Of a DNA stretch of 64,000 nucleotides, positions 9,462-19,331 are shown piece after piece. Position numbers and translations under genes: made by a program. The stretch is taken from IMG/VR virus record IMGVR_UViG_3300026473_000783, one strand, 5' to 3'. Below the pieces are notes generated by a model that had not been told where the DNA came from, did no database searches, and saw only the letters and a list, made by a program, of their open reading frames with translations. Source of the stretch: a virus. Taxonomy: Duplodnaviria; Heunggongvirae; Uroviricota; Caudoviricetes. Within the stretch, counting starts at the first letter, position 1; each line of letters opens with the position of its first letter.

Positions 9462-10806
9462 AACCTTGCTGTTTTAGAGCTTTTTTTAATTTTTTTATAG
9501 ATAAACCATACTTTCCTAAAGGAGAAGTTATATAAGTTTTGAAATATTTGTTCCCATAAACTTTTTTAGCTTCTTTTTCATATTTAAAAATCTGCTTCTT
9601 ATTACGATCACAATTCTGCTTCTTTTTGTCTGATTTTGTTTCTACAATGATTTTCATTCCTTTTTTATTAGTGCAAACAAAGTCTGGCTTACATTCTTTT
9701 GATAGATTAGGTTCGTATTCAAATTTTAAATCTATTTCTTTAAATAATTTTTTATATTTTGGGTGAACCACCTTTTTTTCGTGAAGATCAAGTTCTGTGT
9801 TAAAAGGATTAGAGCCTTTTAATAAAGATTGAATTGAAATAGTTGTTGTTTTTTTTGTATAAAATTCTTCAATCAATACAATCCAATCCCTTGAATCCTT
9901 AGATTTTGAGACAATTCGTTTAAATCTAAATTTGGGTGAAGATTTTTTTCCAATTTGGTTTACCCTAATTTCATTTTCTTTTATAGAATAAGATTTTTTC
10001 CAAGGGTTATGGCCACGCAAAAGAGAAGCGTGAGGTTTGACTGCCGTTTTTTTCGTTTCAATGTTTTGAATTTTGACTTCGATTTTGTTTAAATTATTTT
10101 TACCTATATATTTTAAGAATTTATATTGAGGATTTGATTTTCGACCTTGTCTATTGGTTGTATTTTTAATTTGCTTTAATGAGTATTTGACTTTCCAAGG
10201 ATTTGTTCCTCTTAATAAAGAAGATAGTCTTGAAAGTTCTGTTTCTCCAGTTTCGTCAAGCTTAACTTCAATTAATCGGTCAGTCCCAGATTTGATTCCT
10301 GAATCTCTTACAAAAGAATAAGAAGGCTTTGCGCTCTTCCCTGCGGCGTTTATTTTTAATTTAATTTCTTCTAAAGTGTAAGCGTTTCCCCAAGGGTTAG
10401 ATCCGTTCATTAAATTTGATAATTGAGCTGTCGCTTTTTGTCCATATTGATTTTTAATTTCAATAATTCGAATGGATTTAGCAGTTCCAACTTTGATTCC
10501 AGTATCTCGAACAAATATATATTTTGGGGTAGATTTTGCCCCAACTGCGTTAACTTTTTGCCTTAGAATTTCTTCACTATAAGGAACGCCTCTTCCTGAA
10601 AAAGGGTTTACGCCTCCCATGATATGTCGAAACAAGCGAATTGCTGTTTTATTGGAATTAATCATTTGAATTTTTACTAACTTTTCATTTTTTGAATTAC
10701 GACCAGCAAGCGAGTGAAATTTAAATTTAGGTTCTCGGATCTTTCCTTTAAGATTGACAGCGTTTTTAAGTTCTTTGTCAGAATATCTAATTCTTTTTGT
10801 ATTCAT
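9454..10806 (-). CDS. repeat protein with C-terminal PD-(D/E)xK nuclease-like domain
   Basis: About 8 copies of ~45-aa module IxxxGKKSxPxYxF...IEVK...LSxLLxGxNPW; C-term KPDFVCTNKKGMKIIVETK (D...E.K); paralogs 17384..18715, 55753..56652. Confidence 0.5.
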   Translation of the reverse strand: MNTKRIRYSDKELKNAVNLKGKIREPKFKFHSLAGRNSKNEKLVKIQMINSNKTAIRLFRHIMGGVNPFSGRGVPYSEEILRQKVNAVGAKSTPKYIFVRDTGIKVGTAKSIRIIEIKNQYGQKATAQLSNLMNGSNPWGNAYTLEEIKLKINAAGKSAKPSYSFVRDSGIKSGTDRLIEVKLDETGETELSRLSSLLRGTNPWKVKYSLKQIKNTTNRQGRKSNPQYKFLKYIGKNNLNKIEVKIQNIETKKTAVKPHASLLRGHNPWKKSYSIKENEIRVNQIGKKSSPKFRFKRIVSKSKDSRDWIVLIEEFYTKKTTTISIQSLLKGSNPFNTELDLHEKKVVHPKYKKLFKEIDLKFEYEPNLSKECKPDFVCTNKKGMKIIVETKSDKKKQNCDRNKKQIFKYEKEAKKVYGNKYFKTYITSPLGKYGLSIKKLKKALKQQGFI

Positions 10807-10847
10807 TCATTGACCTTATTTACATATTTTCTCATCATATAGATATC

Positions 10848-10874
10848 TTATCGGTTGCTTTGTCTGAAACTTTA
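10848..10874 (-). promoter_or_regulatory. sigma-28-type promoter candidate
   Basis: TAAAGTTT-N11-ACCGATAA upstream of 9454..10806. Confidence 0.45.
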
Positions 10875-11096
10875 ATGATTAAGTGAATGAAGAAAAGCTC
10901 TTGATAGCATAGAAACTTGTCTTGCTTCTTTTTTAGAGCCGATCACTCTTAATAAGCCACTATCTTCAAAGGAAACATTTTCAAAGCCTTTGTGGGATAG
11001 AAAGTTCACTAATTCAATTCCAAAGGAGTTAAAGATTTCTGGGGATAATTGGATTTGGAACTCATCTTTGTGTTTGATTAGTTGAAACATAATCAC
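10872..11096 (-). CDS. hypothetical protein (74 aa)
   Basis: ORF with sigma-54 cassette upstream. Confidence 0.4.
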   Translation of the reverse strand: MIMFQLIKHKDEFQIQLSPEIFNSFGIELVNFLSHKGFENVSFEDSGLLRVIGSKKEARQVSMLSRAFLHSLNH

Positions 11097-11111
11097 CTCG
11101 TATTATCTTAT

Positions 11112-11250
11112 GTAGCAATCTAAAAGCCAACTCCTAAGTGCCTTATATTGGATTTGAATCGTTCAGTTTTCAATTGTTTGATCATTTCTTCTTTAAACCA
11201 TTGATTTTATTAAGTGTCAAACTTTTAGTGAGTGATTAGAAGATGTTCGG
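11112..11250 (-). promoter_or_regulatory. sigma-54 promoter cassette
   Basis: TTGGCTTTTAGATTGCT; UAS 11201-11250. Confidence 0.6.
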
Positions 11251-11625
11251 TTAAAGTTTTGTTATTTTTGAATAAATTTGAGGATAAAAAGCACAATCTT
11301 TTTCAGTTCCATCAAGATTATAGTAGGCTCCAGTTTCCTTTTCACCTTCACTCCCTTTTAAGTATATTGTGTTTTTTGAGATAGAGTGAATTGTTTTAGT
11401 GGAAGTTTCTTTAACTGCTCCACTGAAAATATATTGGATCTTGACTTTTTCGCCTTTTTTAAAAGATATAGGTTTTTTTAAATCTTTCATTTTCTTTAAT
11501 TTAACATAATTATAAGTTCCACATTTGGGACATTCCGCTTCTAAAGAAGTTTTATTAGGTTCAATGCTCTCGTCAGTGTATGTGAATTGGCAATCGGAAC
11601 ATTTTATTTGCTTTTTCATGATCAT
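11251..11625 (-). CDS. zinc-ribbon protein (124 aa)
   Basis: CSDC...CPKCG. Confidence 0.4.
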   Translation of the reverse strand: MIMKKQIKCSDCQFTYTDESIEPNKTSLEAECPKCGTYNYVKLKKMKDLKKPISFKKGEKVKIQYIFSGAVKETSTKTIHSISKNTIYLKGSEGEKETGAYYNLDGTEKDCAFYPQIYSKITKL

Positions 11626-11672
11626 TCCTTTTGTCTTAGGTCCATTTTATTGTTTTTAATCCCCTAATTCAA

Positions 11673-12521
11673 TTAAAAACCACTCAATGCCTGTTTTAGT
11701 GTTTTTGCTTTTTCGTCGTGTTTGATATTTCTATAATGATTTTTAGGGTCAATCCATAATTGTCCAGTCAAAATATCATAATCAAATGCGTTCACTTCTA
11801 ACTCAACAACTGTCTTTTTTAAGCCTGCGGATAAAATTGAAGTCAAACTTCCTGCGCCATTGTAGTTGCCCAATTTAATTCCCTTATAAGAGGAAAGGCC
11901 ACTACAGCCTGGGTGAAAATCCCAAAGATTTCCATGGCAAACTAAACTTGATCCATCAAAAATAATAGCGGATTCGTGCTCACTACAATCGACACGATAG
12001 ATAACGTCTTCTCTAATTTTAGATTTTAAAATGTTTTTGACAACGTATTGGTTAGTTTTTTCACAAGCTTCTTCAACAATTTTCTCAAGATTTGATTTTT
12101 TCAAAAGATTGAGGTGTTCCACAGAAGGCTCTATCATTTCAATTCTAACATTAAGAAAATCAGAATCTTTTTTTTGAAGATAAATAGATTTTAATTCTTC
12201 AGTGAAATCACCATAAGTTAAGGATCTCACCACAGAGAAAGGAACTTCGGCGTGGTCTTTTTCGTCAACAACAACTCTTACTAAGTCATTATCACAGAAA
12301 ATTTTAGGATTTGATCTCATTAAAAAACTTCCTACATTTTCTGAATTTAATTGAGTAAAAAGGCAAGGGTTGGAATCTGTGATTGAATTATTAAAAATGG
12401 AACCTGTCCAAACACAACTATCGAACTGTAATTTTTTATTCATTTCTTCTAATCTAAAATTCAAATTTTTTAGGACTTCTTTTGAAGAAAATTTCATTTC
12501 TAACCTCTTTGTTGTTTTCAT
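11673..12521 (-). CDS. hypothetical protein, 280-aa family
   Basis: Paralog of 36159..36983 (shared VIYR..SE.....FDG..LV..G). Confidence 0.45.
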   Translation of the reverse strand: MKTTKRLEMKFSSKEVLKNLNFRLEEMNKKLQFDSCVWTGSIFNNSITDSNPCLFTQLNSENVGSFLMRSNPKIFCDNDLVRVVVDEKDHAEVPFSVVRSLTYGDFTEELKSIYLQKKDSDFLNVRIEMIEPSVEHLNLLKKSNLEKIVEEACEKTNQYVVKNILKSKIREDVIYRVDCSEHESAIIFDGSSLVCHGNLWDFHPGCSGLSSYKGIKLGNYNGAGSLTSILSAGLKKTVVELEVNAFDYDILTGQLWIDPKNHYRNIKHDEKAKTLKQALSGF

Positions 12522-12596
12522 CCATTATAAAGGGTTTTGATTAATTAGTCTATTGTTTTATCAAAAAACTCTCAAAATGAGAACTTGTCACAATAA

Positions 12597-12660
12597 TGTT
12601 TTTATCCTAAAAACACACTTAAAGATTTATTGACTTCATTTCTATTTTTTCATTTAATTC
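12597..12660 (-). repeat. 65-bp repeat derived from the 3' end of the 128-aa family gene
   Basis: tgtttttatcctaaaaa.cacttaaag.ttt.ttgacttcatttctatttttt also at 13060-13125, where it encodes the C-terminus of 13077..13463. Confidence 0.45.
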
Positions 12661-13043
12661 TAATGATACAATTCTTTCTTTTTTTGAGTTAAAGAATTAA
12701 GAATTAAATTAGAATAATGTCGGATTCTTTTATAATCCAGCCCATGATCTTTTTTGATATTAGAAACTTTTTCAACTTCCTTTAGAAGGGATTCACAAGC
12801 TTCTGCTAAATTTATAACTCCCGCAAGATTAAACAGCACTGAGGCTTGAGATAGATTGTCTTTAATTAATTGAACTGCTATATAATGGTTTATGTTTTTG
12901 GTTTTGGCATTTTTTGGAGTTGCTGAGATAATTTCTTTTAGATTCAAGCTCGCGTTATAAATGGCTTCTATGTTAATGTTCATAAAATCTCCGCATTTGT
13001 GTGTTTTATCGGCAAGTTTTTTTAAAATTGAACATCTTATCAA
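12660..13043 (-). CDS. hypothetical protein (127 aa)
   Basis: 3' end overlaps a 65-bp repeat derived from the 3' end of the 13077..13463 family. Confidence 0.4.
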   Translation of the reverse strand: MIRCSILKKLADKTHKCGDFMNINIEAIYNASLNLKEIISATPKNAKTKNINHYIAVQLIKDNLSQASVLFNLAGVINLAEACESLLKEVEKVSNIKKDHGLDYKRIRHYSNLILNSLTQKKKELYH

Positions 13044-13076
13044 AAACTCTCCTGAGAACTTGCGTTAAGAATGTTT

Positions 13077-13463
13077 TTATCCTAAAAATCCACTTAAAGC
13101 TTTTTTGACTTCATTTCTATTTTTTAATTCTTGGCTTTTTTCAATTTCTTTTAATTTTGAATAAGCTAAGTTTCTAACAAATTCTTTAAGGTGAGCTGAG
13201 TTTCTTTCATTAATTGGAAATACAGCAGTTATCGCGTCATTAGCAACAATCATGAGTGATTCTCCCAAGATTGAGTCCATCATGATTTTTTGATCTTTAT
13301 TTGAGATTTCAAATTGATACGAGATAAAGACTTGCCCGTCATTATAGAATTTCTCTAATCGAGTGAACTTGTATTGGCCCAAATCGACCAACTCTTTAAC
13401 TTTTTGAAGCATTTCGGTTTGTTCAGGTGTCATTCCAAATAATTTTTCGATTAACTTGATCAT
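13077..13463 (-). CDS. hypothetical protein, 128-aa family
   Basis: Paralog of 4438..4824; sigma-54 cassette (TTGGCATCGAGATTGCT). Confidence 0.5.
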   Translation of the reverse strand: MIKLIEKLFGMTPEQTEMLQKVKELVDLGQYKFTRLEKFYNDGQVFISYQFEISNKDQKIMMDSILGESLMIVANDAITAVFPINERNSAHLKEFVRNLAYSKLKEIEKSQELKNRNEVKKALSGFLG

Positions 13464-13488
13464 ATGATCTCCTCGCTTATTGATTTAT

Positions 13489-13620
13489 GTAGCAATCTCG
13501 ATGCCAAATTCTTTTATTGTTATATTGGACTTGAGTCGTTCAGTTGTCAATTGTTTGGTCGTTTCTTTTCTAACCCCTTGATTTTATTCACTGTCAAACT
13601 TATCGGCGGTGTTTAAGAGT
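13489..13620 (-). promoter_or_regulatory. sigma-54 promoter cassette
   Basis: TTGGCATCGAGATTGCT; UAS 13578-13620. Confidence 0.65.
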
Positions 13621-13622
13621 TT

Positions 13623-14042
13623 TTATTTATTTCTATTTGATAAGTAAATAATGTTAGATATATTTTTTTGTTTAATTTCTAAAACTTCTCTAGATTTAGG
13701 AGAATTTGGAAAGACATTCTCTTTCTTTTGTGTTAGTTGAACCAAACCATTTAAAATTTTTGAAATTAAAGTTCCAAAAATAAAAACTGTTGTAAATAAA
13801 AGGACAAATCCCAAAACTGCAACTGACAGACCCAGCCCTAAAGGTCCAAAGATAAAAGACATTCCTGAAAGAATAGAAAGAGCTTCTACACTATCTCTTT
13901 CTCTTAAGTCTACTGTAAATAGTCCAATAGAAATCACGATTATTGATCCAACAATTCCAGATAAATACCATTGCCAAGATAGGAGTGGAGCGGCCTTGGC
14001 TTGATTTAGGATATTTGCGATTAAAGTTAATATGTTTGTCAT
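13623..14042 (-). CDS. polytopic membrane protein
   Basis: RBS AAGAGGAG; paralog of 29613..30029 (MTN.L.LIANILNQA...). Confidence 0.5.
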   Translation of the reverse strand: MTNILTLIANILNQAKAAPLLSWQWYLSGIVGSIIVISIGLFTVDLRERDSVEALSILSGMSFIFGPLGLGLSVAVLGFVLLFTTVFIFGTLISKILNGLVQLTQKKENVFPNSPKSREVLEIKQKNISNIIYLSNRNK

Positions 14043-14066
14043 GAAAACTCCTCTTTAGAATAGATC

Positions 14067-14220
14067 GTTGCAAAAATGACGCCAAGTTTTAAAGTGCTTA
14101 TAAAGAGCTTGAGTTTAGTTTTGTCAAAACTTTGGATAGATATTTTAGATAAACTATTGATTTTATTCACTGTCAAACTTATAGGCGGTGTTTAAAAGAT
14201 GTTAGATTGGTTTTTGATTT
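14067..14220 (-). promoter_or_regulatory. sigma-54 promoter cassette
   Basis: TTGGCGTCATTTTTGCA; UAS 14176-14220. Confidence 0.55.
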
Positions 14221-14230
14221 TGAAAATCGA

Positions 14231-14794
14231 TCAATCCTCAATTTTTGCTGTTTTATGAGAATCTCCATAAATTTTAATGATAGTTTGGATTTGCTCCAAG
14301 CTGTAAGTTTTTTCTTCCCCAATCATTAAAACTGGACTCATAAGGCTTGACTGATCTTCGACATGTTTAAAGCCCAATGCGTGAGATAGTTCGTGCCTAA
14401 ATAAAGATCGAAAGTCATATTCTTCAAAGTTAGGTGAAAAATAGATATTTGCTTCTAAAATCTCATCTCCACGCCAATGAAGGCTCGTTCTTGCTTGTTC
14501 CGAAGGATTTAGATCCTTATATTGGTTGTTGGTGTTCCAGTAGAGGACATTTTTAGTTGTGTCAATTTCTTTAACTTCTTCATTAGAGATTGAAACAAGA
14601 TCAATTCCAATTGTTCGATTAAGGGTTGAGATTTCTTCGCGGGCTATTGTTCTTTTTTTAGAGGGAAAATCTTTATGGAAATAAAACTTAACTTCTTTTT
14701 TCCATCTCAACGGTTCATTATAAGCGTTAGATAAGAAGATTTTGTTTGAATGACAAGAGCATAAAAAAATTATTAATAGATAAAAACTTTTCAT
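14231..14794 (-). CDS. metzincin-type zinc metalloprotease lipoprotein
   Basis: HELSHALGFKH = HExxHxxGxxH; LLIIFLCSC lipobox; paralog 55047..55601. Confidence 0.6.
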   Translation of the reverse strand: MKSFYLLIIFLCSCHSNKIFLSNAYNEPLRWKKEVKFYFHKDFPSKKRTIAREEISTLNRTIGIDLVSISNEEVKEIDTTKNVLYWNTNNQYKDLNPSEQARTSLHWRGDEILEANIYFSPNFEEYDFRSLFRHELSHALGFKHVEDQSSLMSPVLMIGEEKTYSLEQIQTIIKIYGDSHKTAKIED

Positions 14795-14800
14795 GCTTGA

Positions 14801-14828
14801 TTATCGGCTATATTTTGAAAAAACTTTA
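14801..14828 (-). promoter_or_regulatory. sigma-28-type promoter candidate
   Basis: TAAAGTTT-N12-GCCGATAA; identical 32-mer also at 15318-15350 and 16818-16850. Confidence 0.5.
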
Positions 14829-15102
14829 ATGTTTTAAAAGATTCTCATTCCAACACAAAACATTGATCCTACAAGACTATCCTTTATTATTCTAAATGAA
14901 TAGTAGATGTTTAGGATTGGGATTAAAGAAATGAGGAGTGTTTTGGCTATTTTTCGACCAAAATGATATCTAAACTTGTTTTTTAAAATAGGACAGTTCT
15001 CTGTTGATAGAAGATAGTGGAGTTCTCTTATCTCAAGGATAGATTTAATTCCTAAAAAGAGCATTGGGGTTAAATATAAAAACATCATGAAAATCTCCTG
15101 AT

Positions 15103-15303
15103 TTATTTGTTTTTTCTCTTAAAATCAACAAAAATGACATTACTGTTTGTGTTTTCTTCTTTATCGCTTTCTTTGATATTAGACACGTTCCACAAACCTT
15201 CGCATCCGTATTTTTCACAAATATCGATGTGTTGCTTTGAAACATTGCTTAGCACTTTTTCTAAATAATCTTTATCTTTTAAAAGTTCTCTTGATTCACT
15301 CAT
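15103..15303 (-). CDS. hypothetical protein (66 aa)
   Basis: ORF downstream of sigma-28-like motif 15321-15348. Confidence 0.35.
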   Translation of the reverse strand: MSESRELLKDKDYLEKVLSNVSKQHIDICEKYGCEGLWNVSNIKESDKEENTNSNVIFVDFKRKNK

Positions 15304-15320
15304 AAAATCTCCTGATTCTC

Positions 15321-15348
15321 CTATCGGCTATATTTTGAAAAAACTTTA
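15321..15348 (-). promoter_or_regulatory. sigma-28-type promoter candidate
   Basis: TAAAGTTT-N12-GCCGATAG. Confidence 0.45.
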
Positions 15349-15408
15349 ATTATTTAAAAAATCTCATTCCAACACAAAGCATTGATCCCATAAAGGTTCT
15401 AAGCTCTC

Positions 15409-16803
15409 TTATCTCCATCCATTTAAGTTTAGCTCTTTTAATAAGACCTTAGGGCAACACTTATCACTTTGATTTCGAGATTCTAACTCAGAAATAAAGA
15501 AGGGAACATTTTTGATTCTTCTTATTTCGACTTGGCCCATCTTGCTTTGATTCAGGACGTCAAATCCTAACTTATCACCAGGAAAGATTCTAAGCTTATA
15601 GTTGTTTTTGACAAAAGAGATAGTTCCAGCTTGCGATATTTCACTAATCTCATATTTAAGTGCCTTTATTTGCTCTATAACTCTAATAGCTGGGTGATCT
15701 GCGACTTTTAACTCCAGAGCTGAGCTGATAGTTGTTTCTTTTCTAATAAGGCTTTGGTGCGTTTTAATGAGGGGTTGAATTTGAGAAAGATCTGTTATGT
15801 TCTCCGTTATGCCAAAAGCGTCTACACAAACTCCGCGCTTGTTCATGTTCACTTCGATTCGGTGCTTCTCAAATAACAATAGAGCTTGCCTATCGCTCAT
15901 TTGGGAAAGTTTAAAGCCTGCTTCGACTAATGCTTCCAACACTTTAGGGAAGAGAGCTTTATTTTCTTCATGATTAATCTCAAAAGTTTCATCATTTTCA
16001 CATTCTGATCTAAATTGACTAATTGTGTTTTGAAGTGAACTTATTTGGCTATAAGGGATATGTTTATAGGATAAGATTCTACGATCTTTTCTAAACTCTA
16101 AGATTAGTTTGAGATCTTGAGAAGCTGATATTTGAATGACGATTCGAAGATTTGCCAAAGTTAGCATGTTTTTAGTGTTAGACGACTTAGCGTGGGTAAA
16201 GTTAAGGGCTTCTAAGCTTCTAATAATAAAATCTATTTTATTTTGAATAATAGGGTTTGACGCATTTTCTTTTAAAGCTTCTAAAGATGAGGTAGGAGAC
16301 GCGTGTTTTTTTCTTAATTTGAAATAAGTCGGGGTTTTGCTTTTAATCGAGATAAGGGTGTTTGTTTGTGGAGATACGACGACAAAACATTTAAAAATGG
16401 TGCTTTTATAGATTTTAACGTCTTCTTGCTCTTCACAGAATTGAAGAGAGTCAATAAGTTCATATACAAACTTATGAAATTTGATTGAGATATATTTTTT
16501 TTGAGCTGGAGTGAATGAATTAAGGGTTGAGAAGGTTCTTTGAAAATTAATGGTAAGTTGAAACATTCCTTTTGGATGAAGGAAGAATAAAGATCTATCT
16601 GGGTTTTGGAAGTTGTAGTTATGTGGCAGGTTTTGGATAAAGTGATGATCAGTTGAAGTGTCGGAAGGAAATGGAAAGGCCATTTCTTTAAGGATTCTTT
16701 CGTTGTTTTCAAGAACGAGGCAATTTTCTTCTAAGTCGACCACTTTTGAGATAGTTTCGGATTCATTTCTAATATAAAGGATTGTTTGATTTAAGAGCGA
16801 CAT
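15409..16803 (-). CDS. hypothetical protein (464 aa)
   Basis: Long ORF, RBS AGGAGG, sigma-28-like motif 16821-16848. Confidence 0.5.
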   Translation of the reverse strand: MSLLNQTILYIRNESETISKVVDLEENCLVLENNERILKEMAFPFPSDTSTDHHFIQNLPHNYNFQNPDRSLFFLHPKGMFQLTINFQRTFSTLNSFTPAQKKYISIKFHKFVYELIDSLQFCEEQEDVKIYKSTIFKCFVVVSPQTNTLISIKSKTPTYFKLRKKHASPTSSLEALKENASNPIIQNKIDFIIRSLEALNFTHAKSSNTKNMLTLANLRIVIQISASQDLKLILEFRKDRRILSYKHIPYSQISSLQNTISQFRSECENDETFEINHEENKALFPKVLEALVEAGFKLSQMSDRQALLLFEKHRIEVNMNKRGVCVDAFGITENITDLSQIQPLIKTHQSLIRKETTISSALELKVADHPAIRVIEQIKALKYEISEISQAGTISFVKNNYKLRIFPGDKLGFDVLNQSKMGQVEIRRIKNVPFFISELESRNQSDKCCPKVLLKELNLNGWR

Positions 16804-16820
16804 TGTGCCTCCTATCTGGA

Positions 16821-16848
16821 TTATCGGCTATATTTTGAAAAAACTTTA
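16821..16848 (-). promoter_or_regulatory. sigma-28-type promoter candidate
   Basis: TAAAGTTT-N12-GCCGATAA, 18 nt from ATG of 15409..16803. Confidence 0.5.
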
Positions 16849-16923
16849 AGGGATTTTAAGCATTTTTTTTGTGCGTTAAAATGTCCAAAAAGTCTAAGAA
16901 TTGTTCATTTTATTGATCAATGG

Positions 16924-17136
16924 TTATTTTTTTATTTCTTCTAATTTGTCATTTTTCCATAAAAAAGTGGAACCATCTTTTGTTTGGATGAACAAACCGA
17001 CACTATAATCAAGATTGTTTTCTTTTTTTATTTGATCTAAGATCTTATTGTGAGATAGGTTTAATTCTTTTTTAGAAGAAACTGTTTCAACGATCTCTTC
17101 TTGATTGTTTTGTCTTTTATAAAGAAAATATTTCAT
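16924..17136 (-). CDS. hypothetical protein (70 aa)
   Basis: Track ORF 16924..17199 contains the sigma-54 -24/-12; internal Met 17136 with RBS GAGGA. Confidence 0.4.
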   Translation of the reverse strand: MKYFLYKRQNNQEEIVETVSSKKELNLSHNKILDQIKKENNLDYSVGLFIQTKDGSTFLWKNDKLEEIKK

Positions 17137-17174
17137 TTGATCCTCGTTGAAAAATGTTTCATAGCATCTTACAT

Positions 17175-17310
17175 GTAGCAATTTAAATGCCAAATCCAAA
17201 GTTTATATATTGGATATAAAAGTGTTTGGATGTCAATAAAATGGTCAATTTAGCTTTAACCACTTGATTTTATTAGGTGTCAAACTTATAGGCGATGTTT
17301 AAAAGATTTT
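17175..17310 (-). promoter_or_regulatory. sigma-54 promoter cassette
   Basis: TTGGCATTTAAATTGCT; UAS 17263-17310. Confidence 0.6.
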
Positions 17311-17383
17311 CAATTCTAAAATGGTAAAGGTTTGTTTTTATGAATATAATTTGTGGGTTGTTTTATTCAAAAAATTGTTAAAA

Positions 17384-18715
17384 TTACTTGTTTTTAATTA
17401 TTTTTTTTAGTTGTTTTTCTAATTCTTTAATGGATATAAACCCATATTTTTGATGACGCCCTTCTGGGTCTGAAAAGTATATTTTTTCAATGTTATATTT
17501 TTTATTTTTAGATAATTCTATATATCTTTTTTTTTGTTTAATAGAATATTTGTGAAACTTATTAGATTGTTTAACTTCTATTACAATGTTTTTATTCATT
17601 TTTGGATGCTTAATCATGAAATCTATAATGTTTTTGTTATTAAATTTAAAAGGAATTTTTTGAAAACCTAATTTTGTAAATAATTTTTTATAAATTGGAT
17701 GGATTTTTTGAATTTCTTCTCTGTTTTGATTTGTATTGAATGGATTAAATTTAAATTTTGTCAAGTGCCTATATGTGGTTTCGTAAGTTTTTTGAGTTTT
17801 TTTATTTTTAACAATAACGTATCTTGTTCCATGTTGATTTTTTCTACTATTTGGATTTACACAAATAAATTGAGGATTTGCTTTTTTTCCGATTTTATTT
17901 ATTTCATTTCTAACCTGGTCGTCATTTTTCATGTGACTTATGTTTTTTGTTTTTAATAAAGAATAAAAATTAAATAGTTTATTGATTTTTCCATTTTTTG
18001 TTTTAACCTCTACTAATACAAACAATCGTCTATTTTCTCGAAAGTGTTTTTTATATTTGATTTTAGTGTTCTTACCTGTTTTGAGATCTTGGACTATTTT
18101 TTTAATTGTTTTTTTAGTATATTTAAATGGGTTTTTAAATTTATCATTAAGAATTGTCTCTTTTTTTGTTATCTTCTTTTCGTTAGAATAGGGGTCTTTT
18201 ATTAAAACATAATCATGTTCGTTTTTATAGTTTTTATATAAAGAGCAAAAAACTACATTGTTTTTTTGACAAAGAGATTTTAATTTTGTATTTTCTAATT
18301 CTTGTTCATATCTTGGAAAGCAAACCTTTTTGCTTTTGAGAAGGCGAGCGACAAATGCCGTTATTTCTTCATTGTTGATAGCATTTGTAATTCTTACTTT
18401 TAGATTTTTTCCTCTTATTATTGATTTTTTTTGATTAACGAAAAATGGGGGGTTGTGTTTTTTTCCAATTTTAGAAACTTCCAATATAATTTCACAATCA
18501 CTTTTTCTGTTGAAAGGATTTTTATTTTGAGACAAATTCGACAATTTTGACTCTTTTATTTCGCCTGTTTTAATCGATTTAACAACACAAACCCTTTGGT
18601 AAGATTTTTTTTTGTTTATTATTGGAAAAAAAGACTTAATATAATAGAATGAAGGATTGGAGTTCTTTCCAATTTTATTTACCATAGATTTTATTGTCTC
18701 TTCTTTATGCCGCAT
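17384..18715 (-). CDS. repeat protein with C-terminal PD-(D/E)xK nuclease-like domain
   Basis: Same module family as 9454..10806; IIDF...IVIEVK; start reassigned to Met 18715 because sigma-28-like motif 18723-18750 lies inside track ORF. Confidence 0.5.
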   Translation of the reverse strand: MRHKEETIKSMVNKIGKNSNPSFYYIKSFFPIINKKKSYQRVCVVKSIKTGEIKESKLSNLSQNKNPFNRKSDCEIILEVSKIGKKHNPPFFVNQKKSIIRGKNLKVRITNAINNEEITAFVARLLKSKKVCFPRYEQELENTKLKSLCQKNNVVFCSLYKNYKNEHDYVLIKDPYSNEKKITKKETILNDKFKNPFKYTKKTIKKIVQDLKTGKNTKIKYKKHFRENRRLFVLVEVKTKNGKINKLFNFYSLLKTKNISHMKNDDQVRNEINKIGKKANPQFICVNPNSRKNQHGTRYVIVKNKKTQKTYETTYRHLTKFKFNPFNTNQNREEIQKIHPIYKKLFTKLGFQKIPFKFNNKNIIDFMIKHPKMNKNIVIEVKQSNKFHKYSIKQKKRYIELSKNKKYNIEKIYFSDPEGRHQKYGFISIKELEKQLKKIIKNK

Positions 18716-18722
18716 AATTAAC

Positions 18723-18750
18723 TTATCGGTTGTTTTATCTAAAAACTTTA
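18723..18750 (-). promoter_or_regulatory. sigma-28-type promoter candidate
   Basis: TAAAGTTT-N11/12-ACCGATAA. Confidence 0.45.
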
Positions 18751-18752
18751 AT

Positions 18753-19166
18753 TTATCTTTTATCAAAATGATAAAGAGCTTCTTGAGCTGCTTGTTTTAC
18801 AATTTTGGGATTATAAGGCAGATTTTGAGTGTTTGTGTAGTGTTTGGCTAAAGAGTGCTTATCCCAATGGCCACTAACACTTTTCATAAATTCAGGTAAA
18901 GTTTTTGAAATTTCTTCTCTAATCTCAGAAATTGTCTCTTGAGAAAAGCTTACAAATACAAAAGTGTTTCCTCCAGATAAGATCTCGCCTGTTGATTCAC
19001 ATCTTTGATAAAATTCATATTTTTCTTTTAAAAGTGTATCAATTTTTTCATAATCTAATTTTGGATCTAACAATTTAACATTGATTGAAGATTTGGTTGT
19101 GATTCTAACATGTTTTGTGTCGATTCCATTTTCTTTAAGGTAAGATTTAATTTGATTCGCTTTCAT
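18753..19166 (-). CDS. hypothetical protein (137 aa)
   Basis: ORF with sigma-54 cassette (CTGGCCTCTTGATTGCA). Confidence 0.45.
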   Translation of the reverse strand: MKANQIKSYLKENGIDTKHVRITTKSSINVKLLDPKLDYEKIDTLLKEKYEFYQRCESTGEILSGGNTFVFVSFSQETISEIREEISKTLPEFMKSVSGHWDKHSLAKHYTNTQNLPYNPKIVKQAAQEALYHFDKR

Positions 19167-19189
19167 GTTATCCCCTTGTTAAGATAGAT

Positions 19190-19320
19190 GATGCAATCAA
19201 GAGGCCAGTTTTAAAACTGATCCTGTTTGATTTGAGCGAGCTTGTTGTCAATAAAATGGTCATTTGTTATCTAACTACTTGATTTCATTAGGTGTAAAAG
19301 TTTTAGGCAGTGATTAACCC
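19190..19320 (-). promoter_or_regulatory. sigma-54 promoter cassette
   Basis: CTGGCCTCTTGATTGCA; UAS 19278-19320 (variant TGTAAAAG). Confidence 0.55.
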
Positions 19321-19331
19321 TTGTTCACCAA

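Noticed and set aside
13891-15245. Track ORFs 13891..14085, 14834..15088 and 15045..15245
   Set aside because: They overlap promoter cassettes or neighbouring ORFs in other frames and have weak coding signal; 15103..15303 was retained as the more plausible reading.
16314-16712. Minus-strand ORF nested in 15409..16803 in another frame
   Set aside because: Fully internal to the longer ORF; no independent signals.
17699-18851. Plus-strand ORFs 17699..17956, 17982..18191 and 18657..18851
   Set aside because: Antisense to the 443-aa repeat/PD-(D/E)xK gene; low-complexity F/I/L-rich translations typical of AT-rich antisense frames.
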